Positions 54,102 to 64,000 of a stretch of 64,000 bases of DNA are shown one piece after another (the first letter of the stretch is position 1; each line of letters opens with the position of its first letter). The notes below the pieces were generated by a model. It had not been told where the DNA came from. It saw nothing but the letters and a program-made list of their open reading frames with translations, and made no database searches. The stretch covers positions 77,190,001-77,254,000 of the forward strand of contig NC_043006.1 of the NCBI RefSeq assembly GCF_006345805.1, written 5' to 3'. A program made the translations under genes and the position numbers. The stretch is from Octopus sinensis (lineage: Eukaryota).

Positions 54102-54442
54102 GTATATGATTATATATAATATATATGTATACATACATATATACGTAGTATATATATATATACACATCGGAAGGTTTGGAGATGATGTACAGGTATTATA
54201 TATATTAGAAAAAATGAGGTAATCAGATCAGATGGTTCATATTTGTAGCTACAAATCTGAACCAACTGATCTGATTACCTCATTTTTTTCTAATATATAT
54301 ACATATATATACATACATACGTAGTATATATATATATATATATATAGATATATATATAATATATATATACATACATACGTACATACATACATACGTACAT
54401 ACATACATACATACATACATACATACATACCATACATACGTG

Positions 54443-54505
<63 letters not shown>

Positions 54506-54540
54506 TGAGAGACAGAGAGACAGAGAGAGAGAGAGAGGGG
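53740..54540. repeat. TA/TAC/TACA/GA microsatellite field containing a spacerless palindrome (54197-54300)
   Basis: Direct reading. Palindrome centre ATTTGTAG|CTACAAAT. Confidence 0.93.
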
Positions 54541-54829
54541 GACAGAGAGATTCGAAATCTAAATATCAGCCGAAATTGCTTTACAAAGTATTTAGCCTGT
54601 ACATGTAAAAAAAAAAGTCCTCAGCTGAGAGTAGAATAACAAATTGTCAGGAAGCGAGTAGAGAAACAAAGTATTCGATGCATGGTTTGCTAAGTTACAG
54701 CTGCAAGTGGTTGTTTTGGCCGCTTCATGAATAACGAAAAGGAACAACAGAATTACTGCGTCGGCAAAAGAATCATTAACACTTCTCGGAACTGGCCGAC
54801 TTACTTGTTCGCGATATTCCTTCCACTCT

Positions 54830-55400
54830 AGGAACAAGGCCTGAAATTTTGGGGAGGGTGCAAGTTGGTTAGATGTAATCCAGTACGCAACTGGTACTTA
54901 ATTTATCCACTCTGAAAGAATGAAAGGCAAAGTCGACCTCGGCGGAATTTGAATTCACAACGTAAAAATCAGACGAAATACCTTATTTCTTTACTACCCA
55001 CAAGGGGCTAAACACAGAGGGGACAAACAAGGACAGACAAAGAGATTAAGTCGATTACATCGACACTAGTGCATAACTGGTACTTATTCAATCAACCCCT
55101 AAAGTATGAAAGGCAAAGTCAACCTCGGCGGATTTGACCTCCGAACGTAGCGGCTGACAAAATACCTTATTTATTTACTACCCAGAAAGGGCTAAACACA
55201 GAGGGGACAAACAAGTACAGACAAACGGATTAAGTCGATTACATCGACCCCAGAGCGTAACTGGTACTTATTTAATCGACTCCTAAAGTATGAAAGGCAA
55301 AGTCGACCTCGGCGGAATGTGAACTCAGAATGTAGCGGCAGACGAAATACCGCTAAGCATTTCGCCCGGCAAGCTACGTTTCTGACAGATCGCCCTCTCA
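54830..55400 (-). mobile_element. SINE family A trimer (head, two tail-A units, terminal tail-B unit)
   Basis: Three copies of GGCAAAGTCGACCTCGGCGGA at ~54925, ~55110 and ~55295. Confidence 0.92.
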
Positions 55401-55419
55401 CTTATTCGTAATATTGATT

Positions 55420-55620
55420 TCAATTTTGGCAGAGGGGTATGTCGATTCCATTTACACCAGTACTTAACTAGTACTTATTTTATCGACCCCGAAAGAATGA
55501 AAGGCAAATTCGACAACGGTGGATTTTGAACGCAGAATGTAAGGGCGGACGAAATGCCGCTGAGCATTACCACTCGATTTGAGTTGAGTAATAATTCTGT
55601 CAGGTCGCCGCTCTCTTTCT
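55420..55620 (-). mobile_element. SINE family A monomer, tail B
   Basis: TATCGACCCCGAAAGAATGAAAGGCAAA...GACGAAATGCCGCT. Confidence 0.8.
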
Positions 55621-55679
55621 TCGTAATATTGATGTTTTTGCTACGAGGTGAGACATTTCTTCATAATATTAAATCTGTT

Positions 55680-55872
55680 CTGAGTGGCGAGATGCGAAAA
55701 ACTTTTTAGCATGCCGGGTGAAAAGCTTAGAGGCATTTCTTCTTTCTTCCATTCTACATTCAAACTCCGCTAAGGACGACTTTCTAGGTCGATAAAGTTA
55801 GTACTAGGTAGATGTAATTGACAAACTCCCTCTTCCGTAGTTGCTGGCCTTGTGCCAAAATTTGAAGCCAAT
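55680..55872 (+). mobile_element. Degenerate SINE family A, tail B
   Basis: Ends GCTGGCCTTGTGCCAAAATTTGAAGCCAAT. Confidence 0.7.
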
Positions 55873-55975
55873 ATTAAAGCTGTTCTGCAGTAATACTATA
55901 GCAATGTTCCGAAATTATGGTAACACATTTTTCGTAGTTGATACTGTTTTACCTACCATACATACACAGATATAC

Positions 55976-56386
55976 AGAAACAGGAGTGGCTGTGTGGTAA
56001 GTAGCTTGCTAACCAACCACATGGTTCCGCGTTCAGTCCCACTGCGTGGCATCTTGGGCAAGTGTCTTCTGCTATAGTCCCGGGCCGACCAATGCTTTGT
56101 GAGTGGATTTGGTAGACGGAAACTGAAAGAAGCCTGTCGTATATATGTATATGTATATATATGTATGTGTGTGTTTGTCTGTCTGTGTTTGTCCCCCTAG
56201 CATTGCTTGACAACCGATGCTGGTGTGTTTACATCCCCGTCACTTAGCGATTCGGCAAAAGAGACCGATAGAATAAGTACTGGGCTTACAAAGAATAAGT
56301 CCCGGGGTCGATTTGTTCGACTAAAGGTGGTGCTCCAGCATGGCCGCAGTCAAATGACTGAAACAAGTAAAAGAGTAAAAGAGTAA
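55976..56386 (+). mobile_element. SINE family B, best-preserved copy
   Basis: CAGGAGTGGCTGTGTGGTAAG (A-box), GTTCAGTCCC (B-box), short internal TA/TG tract, tail TAAAAGAGTAAAAGAG. Confidence 0.92.
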
Positions 56387-56391
56387 ACATG

Positions 56392-56432
<41 letters not shown>

Positions 56433-56950
56433 GCGCACGTACCTGAATACATAGAAGAACACTTTGATTTATTGTTTACATACATAGAAGCACATTGATT
56501 ATAGACACGGAAAGTTAAAGATTATCAACATCGAGTTTAACATGTTTTAAGTTTGTTTTGATATTTGCTTCTTGGCCTCTTTGTGTTTAGATATGAACGG
56601 TAATGTTTCTCAGTCCTTAACTCTAATCTTGTTTCAAACCTTTCCAATCTTACCACAAGACTTTAGTTTGCAACAGATATACATAATTAATAAAATTCCC
56701 GACACTCGGTATTTTAAGAGTTTTTTAGCGGCACATCTCATTGTATAAGCAGAATATATTTTGTAGAATATTTGTATAGTCCTGCATATTCAATACAATT
56801 TTAGACTAAACTCTTATTATGTAGTATATATTATTGGTGCATACATAGTTACTCACAGACACACATGCACACACACACACAAACGCACACATGTATGTAT
56901 GCATAAATAAATGTATATATACACATGTATATACACATACATATACATAC

Positions 56951-56988
<38 letters not shown>

Positions 56989-57000
56989 GTATGTATACAT

Positions 57001-57090
<90 letters not shown>

Positions 57091-57102
57091 GATATATAAT
57101 TC

Positions 57103-57324
57103 TTTATTGCCCACTAGCGGCTAAACATAGAGGGGACAAACAAGGACAGACAAACGGATTAAGTCGATTAGATCGACCCCAGTGCGTAACTTTATTTATC
57201 GATCCCGAAAGGGTGAAAGGCAAAGTCGACCTCGGCCGAATTTGAACTCAGAACGTAACGGCAGACGAATTACGGATAAGCATTTCGCACGGCGCGCTAA
57301 CGTTTCTGCTAGCTTGTCGCCTTA
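57103..57324 (-). mobile_element. SINE family A monomer, tail A
   Basis: Colinear with 1-210. Confidence 0.92.
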
Positions 57325-57989
57325 AATGTATGTAGGATATATGCCCGTGGTATGTTAAATTAACTCATGTCATAATTAATGCATCGCCCTAATACAGATT
57401 ACTCCTTGACATTCTTTCAGGTACTTTTTATTTAATAGCCTCCTTTTGGTCATTTTATATATACACACCAGATTTTTAAAAATCAATTTGTGAAATAACT
57501 CAAAGCCTGTGGTAGAGTCTTAAGAACTTAAGACGTTGATGGCTAGATAGATTACGATTATTGAAGATCATTTACGCGTTTAAGAAAATGTATATTTACT
57601 GAACTAAAACGTATTTGATATGCTTCGACATATAAGGCGTTTATGCCATATACTTGAGTGTGTTTGTGTATTTGTGTGTGTGTCCGCATATGTATGTATA
57701 ACTGCTTTGTGCAGTCATACGAAACAAATACGAATGTTAATACACACATTTTTTCGATTGATCTTCTATCGGTTTGTATATCTGTTGATTAAATCTATAT
57801 AATAAACGTAAGCATATATTTCCTCATCTGTTCTGCTCTCTGGTTCGCTCATAACTAAATCATAAAAATGGTTTATATTCATAAACCAGCCCAATTGCAG
57901 ATCACCGAAATATACATGAAAGTGCATGCGCACATACGACCATATGTATATGCATAACTAACTACCTACCTGCGTACCTTCCTATCTAT

Positions 57990-57991
57990 GA

Positions 57992-58056
<65 letters not shown>

Positions 58057-58180
58057 CCTATCTATCTATCTATCTATCTACCTATCTATCTACCTATCTA
58101 TCTATATATCTATCTATCTATCTGTCTCTCATTTTATCTATCTATATACCTATCTATTCATCTATGTATCTATCAATCTG
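57990..58180. repeat. (ATCT)n tetranucleotide repeat
   Basis: Direct reading. Confidence 0.96.
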
Positions 58181-58209
58181 TTTGACTATATGTATCTATG
58201 TGTGGTGTG

Positions 58210-58260
<51 letters not shown>

Positions 58261-58306
58261 GCATACACATATATATATATATATATATATATACACGCAT
58301 ACACAC

Positions 58307-58344
<38 letters not shown>

Positions 58345-59759
58345 CCAATTCTCTCTCTTTCTAAATATATATATATATATATATATAATATATATATGTA
58401 TATGTATGTATGTATATGTGTTACACATAAACAAACACACACACACACACTCTTACTCTCTCTTTTACTCTCTCTTTCACTCTCTCCCTCACACGCACGC
58501 ACACACGCACATACTTAAACGTTGATTAACCATGACGATGATTAAATGCGATGTGACCTTCACCAGTTACACTTTTTTCTCTGCTAGCACTGAGGTAATA
58601 AGCTCTCTAACATCGTATACTCTTCCTTGTCATATCATAAGATGTTTCGTTCCATTTCTTTATTATTTACTTACTATATCAAGCAGTGCATAGATTTTGC
58701 CAGTATGCTAACATATACTGGCAAAATCTATAAATGGCCTAACACTCATATATCCTATGGATTTGAAAAGAGCGCTGGTTAATGTAATACACTGTAACGC
58801 AATAATTCATATATGTTTTCAGAATTATATATATATACCCCGAAGTATGTTAATACACCGAAGCGTGTTTTGATGTAATATTTCCAATTCATACTGTTCT
58901 ACTCTCTGCCCCAAAATGTCAACAGAGCATTCCTGCTGTGTTCTCCGCCAAGTGTAATTTAAATATACACCTGAATATCCCTATGGAATATTCGTCAGTA
59001 TATTCAAAACTGTTTATCCATTGCCATGTTTCTGTTTGTTATTTTATAAACCAGTATCTTGTCAGCTAGTTACAAGTTTGCCAGCCACATCTGCCTGCGC
59101 AGATGTGGAGAACCTAAAGAGTTGGAACGAAAAACTTCAGCAACCATGCTAATCTACTACGTTGGACGGTTGGTTCAGTTTATCGCCCCCATCAATATGA
59201 TGAATAACATTGACCTCAGACTCAGTGGGAATTTGAAGCAAAAACTTCATAAATAGTAAGAGTTCTTTTTCTTTTCATCTTACGCCAGAATGAGTCTGCC
59301 AGTTCTTAGATATATTTTCTTATCCATGCTGTGTGTAACAATAACAGCCTTCGGAAATACTGTATCATATATTAAGATATATCTTAGTGTTTCTGTTAAC
59401 CAGGATTGCCACATTATGTTGGTAAATAATCTGTACTCTAGAGTACTGTTACTAAATGTTTCTCCTTCAGAGATTTAGAAATAATAATATTTCTACTTAA
59501 ATGTTTACTTAATGCCTACTCCAAATATGATTTTAAGTGTTAGAAAATGTGAAATATCACCTTTTTAAATGCATTCTAAATGAAGGAAAGTGAGAAAAAC
59601 CGATGAATTGAATGTAGGCAACGAATGCCATATATATGCAGAAAGAATTCGTCCCTGATATACTTATTCACTCCCCCCACCAGAATACACACCCACACGC
59701 CGTTATATAACATGCAAATACATATGTATACACGCACACACGCATATATATATATATTA

Positions 59760-59804
<45 letters not shown>

Positions 59805-59929
59805 ATGACTAGGTTTACTATGCGTCTGCACATGTACGTCCAGGCCACGACATGATATTTTGAAGTGTGACAGTTGCCTATGCACGGAAGTCCTCTACTT
59901 TCTCCACGTCAGAAACGATTGACCATAAG

Positions 59930-60036
59930 TAAAATCGTCGACCGCGGTGGAATTTGAACTCAGAATGTAACGGCAGACGAGATAGCGCCAAGCCTTTCGT
60001 CCGGCGTGCTAACGTCTGTGCCACCTCGCCGCCTTG
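59930..60036 (-). mobile_element. SINE family A, tRNA-like head only
   Basis: GGAATTTGAACTCAGAATGTAACGGCAGACGA...CTCGCCGCCTT. Confidence 0.85.
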
Positions 60037-60654
60037 AACTTAGTTGATATTGATTCGCTCGGCTGTCAATCTAGACTTTACTGTCAGAAACCAAAAACAG
60101 CGTCAGATAACCTACATAAGCTTGCACAGCCTTATAACAGTTTCCTCAGTCAGTCACTTTGGCTGCTTCACCTTTTTATTGAGCACGAAAGATAGAAAAG
60201 TAAAGCTGAATTGGACAGGATTTGAAATCGGAATGCAGAGTGTTGTTAGAAATAGCGTTTAGCGCTCATGCGACTCTCAAAATGGTTACCCAGTACACAC
60301 AAATAGATCCATAATTACAAATACACATATACCTATACATATATAGCTACACGCATACGCACATATATACATACACATATACATACGCATACATACATTC
60401 ACATATATATTTTGCATAGATGCTAACGTTCGACGAAATCTCATTGTGGATAAGCCAACAGCTTATTCGAGATAAAGACTGCAGTAGACTGAATATTAAG
60501 CAAACAATTTCTTAATAGAAACGAAATTCAACACAATCTTCAATAATCTTGCAAATGATAGACGCATTATTTGCTTCATTTCAGTGAGTTTCATGTTTAT
60601 TTTCAATCAAAAATAATACTTCGATTCTTGTAATGATTAGTGTAGTGTATATAG

Positions 60655-60800
60655 GTTTCAAAATTTGGCACTCAGTAATTACGGAAGAGGACTCAAGTCG
60701 ATTACATCGATGCCAGTGATCAAATGATGCCTATTTTATCGACCCCGAAGAGATGACAGGTAATGACGACCTGGGCGCATTTTAAACTCAGAATATAATG
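60655..60800 (-). mobile_element. Degenerate SINE family A body, tail B
   Basis: AAGTCGATTACATCGA...TATCGACCCCGAAG...AACTCAGAAT. Confidence 0.7.
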
Positions 60801-60818
60801 TCGAAAGAAAAGTTACTA

Positions 60819-61045
60819 AAGGCGGCGAGCTGGTAGAATCGTTAGCCCGCCGGGCGAAATGCTTAGCCGTATTTCCTCTGCCGCTACGTTCTGAGTTCAA
60901 ATTCCGTCGAGGTCGACTTTGCTTTTCATCATTTCGGGGTCGATTAAATAAGTACCAGTTACGCACTGGAGTCGATGTAATCGACTTAATCCTTTTGCCT
61001 GTCCTTGTTTGTCCTTTATTGCCCACAGGGGCAATAAAGAAATAA
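60819..61045 (+). mobile_element. SINE family A monomer, tail A
   Basis: Complete head AAAGGCGGCGAGCTGGTAGAATC and body. Confidence 0.93.
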
Positions 61046-61082
61046 GAAATGTATTCGTAAGACGTATGAATGGTTCTTCTAG

Positions 61083-61130
61083 CAGGCACCCTTTAGTGAA
61101 GTTTATATTAAAAACCATAACATTAAAATG
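61083..61130 (+). other. Candidate 48-nt (or 45-nt) exon
   Basis: TTCTTCTAG|CAG| NAGNAG acceptor and ATG|GTAAGT donor; phase-0 open frame (Q)APFSEVYIKNHNIKM. Confidence 0.35.
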
Positions 61131-61209
61131 GTAAGTACAGATAAAAATCTCAGTGAAAATATAGAATATGTGACACAGTGTGATGACTGCACTCTTGATA
61201 GTACATAGT

Positions 61210-61274
<65 letters not shown>

Positions 61275-61278
<4 letters not shown>

Positions 61279-61466
61279 GCCATGATAGATCGTTAGCCAC
61301 TACACACATTTTTCTCTCCTTGTTTTTTTCTGTATACTTTTCTGTAGAAGAGCGCAGGCTCGAAACGTAGAAGACTTTTTTCTATTCCTGAGCGTTATAC
61401 TAATATATCTGTTTGTTTTGTACACCTCCTGTCTTCGTCTTTTGTTTTTTTCGTAAACTTTCCTCA
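61275..61466 (+). ncRNA. Penelope-terminal-like fragment with a degenerate minimal hammerhead motif (61337-61374)
   Basis: CTTTT-CTGTAGA-A-GAGC-GCAG-GCTC-GAAAC-GTA-GAAG. Core with A6>U, 4-bp stem II, ACGT palindrome. (TA)n on both sides. Confidence 0.5.
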
Positions 61467-61486
61467 TATATATATATATATATATA

Positions 61487-62385
61487 TCGGTGTCCATACT
61501 GAAGTAGGTAGTTTCTATACAGAAGGTCAACATTTCCATCCAGTTTCTTATTGGTCTACTAGTGCGTTCTTTTAGATGGGTGTCAGGCACTAGTTTTTCT
61601 TGAATCACCGATAGCGCTGCACTAGTTGGGACTTTGGTGAACAGGCTTATCACATCTAGACCACCATCTGGTTGGATTCAATGGGGGTATCCGTGATCAA
61701 TTCTGCGATGTAGGTGGAATTCTTCACGTACGATGTTAACTTTCCTGCAAATGGACTGATTATATCCACAAGGAAGCGGCTCAGTAGATGACATGCTGAA
61801 CCTCTACAACTACCTCTAGGTCTTAATGGAATACCATCTTGGTGAATCTTAGGAAGACAGTACATGTGTGGTAGTTTACTGTAATGTTAAGTTACTTGTC
61901 AGTATTTCATTGGTGTAAAGTTATTATTCTTGATAAAGATCTATGACGATTTCCTCTCTGTTTTCAAAGTAGGGTTTTTCTTTACTTTGCTGTAGCTACC
62001 ATCATTTATAAGATTTGCCAGTTTTTCCGAATAGTCAGACTTGTTAATCACCACTGTAGCATTTCCCTTGTCTGCTGGAAGTATTATGATGGAATTGTCA
62101 CTCTGTTGCCTCCTGATAGTGAACTTTCTTCCTTAGGGATGTTTGGTTTGGGAAGTTTCGGTTTTTCTAGTACCTGTCTCACTTTCCACCTTACTTAATC
62201 TCACTGAGCTTTTCGTATCTTATGGCTATCTCTTCATTGGGGGCTATTATGTCCAAGTGTGGAATGCGCTTGATGGTTATCACAAAGTTGAGACCTTTGT
62301 TTAGTACTGCTTCTTCAGAGCTTTCCAGATGTCGGCTGCTTACATTATTTACTGCTTTCAAGGTGGGTAACGGACTTCAGTTTTC
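61487..62385 (-). mobile_element. Penelope-like element, N-terminal and first half of the RT, truncated at both ends
   Basis: VLNKGLNF...PKPNI...IIILPADKGNATVVINKSDY; YCLPKIHQDGIPLRP...VKNS (61656-61865); SLFTKVP...FCIETTYF (to ~61490). No YVDD or GIY-YIG part. Confidence 0.92.
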
Positions 62386-62389
62386 ATTC

Positions 62390-63050
62390 ATTTGAAATAG
62401 TGATTAAGAAGTTTATGAAATAGGTCAGAGATATATATATTTAACAAAATTACATAAAAATAGCTTGAAATACTAACGAGTAGATATATTAAATAAAATC
62501 GTCATTGGCTTCAGCCATAATACCCAGAAGACTTCGGAATCTCCTGCAACTCTCCTGGACGGTCTTCTTGTTTAAGCTGGTGAATGCTACCATAATCCTT
62601 GCCTTCAGGTCATCTTTGGTTTCACAAGGAATTTTGTTGATATGTCGCTCAACTGCGCACCACACATAAGTGGGTAGCAGTCTGAGGAGTTTGGTAGCCA
62701 GTTGTTAGGCGGATGTGATCGCAGAAATTGTCTGATAGTTATGACTCGATTCTCTTGCCTGTGTGGTATGATCCAGAGTCATTTCGAGAGATACAGGGTC
62801 CTCCAGCAGCCACCCTCTTGAACTAGGGAGGCATTACCTCCTCCATGCACTTAATGTAGGCCTCCGTATTGTGTCTAACACCGTGCGGGAAGGTGAATGG
62901 AGGCATAACGTCGCCATCACTAGTGATCAGTCCGAATACTATGTTGTTGACTTATTATTTGATTTTTATCACTCTCGGTACACATTTTAGAGACACGGTA
63001 AGCCAAACAGTACAGCTTGTCGTTTCGAAAGTTCTGGCGTTGTTTTTCTC
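62390..63050 (-). mobile_element. Partial DD37D (maT)-type mariner transposase, catalytic half
   Basis: VFGLITSDGDVMPPFTFPHGVRHNTEAYIKCMEEV...LSDNFCDHI...CETKDDLKARIMVAFTSLNKKTVQESCRRFRS...EANDDFI* (stop 62489-62491). Stops and frameshifts. A different family from 16115-17363. Confidence 0.88.
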
Positions 63051-63163
63051 ACAGACGATGCCCAACTGTCACTTCAATACAGGGAAGTAATCAAAATTCA
63101 AAACACGCAATGTGCCTGCGCGAAACTAAAACTCTAATACGTGGACAATTCACCAATCGCATC

Positions 63164-63174
<11 letters not shown>

Positions 63175-63195
<21 letters not shown>

Positions 63196-63241
63196 CGTGT
63201 GTGTGTGTGTGTGTGTATGTGCATGTGTGTATGTGTGTATG

Positions 63242-63277
<36 letters not shown>

Positions 63278-63278
63278 T

Positions 63279-63334
<56 letters not shown>

Positions 63335-63735
63335 GTATGTAGATAGGTAGGTCCAGTTCTATATTTAAGAGATGAGGAATTATGTACATTATTTACAGAG
63401 GACAAATATCCGTCAAATGTAAATTATTTAAAGAGGACAAATATCCGTCAAATGTAAATAATGTAAATGAGTTAGGTTGGTAGGTAGGTAAATAGACGGA
63501 CGGACGGACGGGCAGACAGACAGTCGGGCAGACAAACAGACGGCCAGACAGACAGACGGCCAGACAGACAGACGGCCAGACAGACGGGTAGACGGGCAGA
63601 CATACGGGTAGGCAGTCGGGCAGGCAGGCAGGCAGGCACGCGGGCAGGCAGGCAGGCACGCGGGCAGGCAGGCAGGCAGGCTGGCAGGCAGACAGGCAGG
63701 TAGGCAGACAGACAAGCAGGCAGACAGACAGATAT
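63175..63735. repeat. (TG)n, (GATA)n and degenerate (GGCA/GACA/GGAC)n repeats; 28-bp direct repeat at 63397-63424/63432-63459
   Basis: Direct reading. Explains the PACL/CLPA ORFs. Confidence 0.95.
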
Positions 63736-64000
63736 TATGAGGAGAGTCAATTTTTTGTTGAACCTTTCGCCTGAATGAATGTATTCTGGACGGTTTTCTG
63801 TAAAAGCCTAATGAAATTGTAAATGGTTAATCGAGTCCCGTGAGATGTTTTCTAAATTCAAATTTTGTACACAAGTGCGCGTGTGTGTATGTGTGTGTGC
63901 ACGCCCGTCTGTGTGTATGTATGTATATATACGTATATATAATGAAATAGAAAGCAATTAATTGATGCATAGCAAAAAGTATTTACAATTAATTCTTTAG

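Noticed and set aside
63393-63750. Cys/Pro/Leu-rich ORFs (PACLPACL)
   Set aside because: Degenerate tetranucleotide repeats.

Overview
AT-rich eukaryotic genomic DNA. The SINE families, R4/Dong LINEs and extreme microsatellite load point to an octopus (coleoid cephalopod); this is inference from repeat content. I see no intact long ORF, no rRNA or true tRNA gene, no CRISPR array and nothing prokaryotic. Almost all ORF-track entries are microsatellite read-throughs (YIYI, CVCV, polyN/I/H) or antisense frames of dead transposons. Recognisable content: (1) three tRNA-headed SINE families, about 20 copies, several as tandem multimers or inverted pairs; (2) dead retroelements: three large R4/Dong LINE copies plus a C-terminal scrap, an RTE 3' end, and a Penelope-like RT with hammerhead-like terminal fragments; (3) dead DNA transposons: one full-length DD37D (maT) mariner, a second partial one, an internally deleted Tigger/pogo element, a piggyBac-type MITE and long-TIR foldback elements; (4) a heavily decayed single-exon Toll-like-receptor-like pseudogene at about 8.6-10.8 kb, and a possible Mab-21/cGLR-like pseudo-exon at about 20.1 kb; (5) several isolated canonical splice-site pairs that may be exons of a host transcript, including a speculative two-exon small secreted peptide. 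All protein-family calls come from manual translation and motif recall, not database searches. Ends of degenerate elements are approximate. I found no well-supported novel system; the best leads are ranked in the findings.
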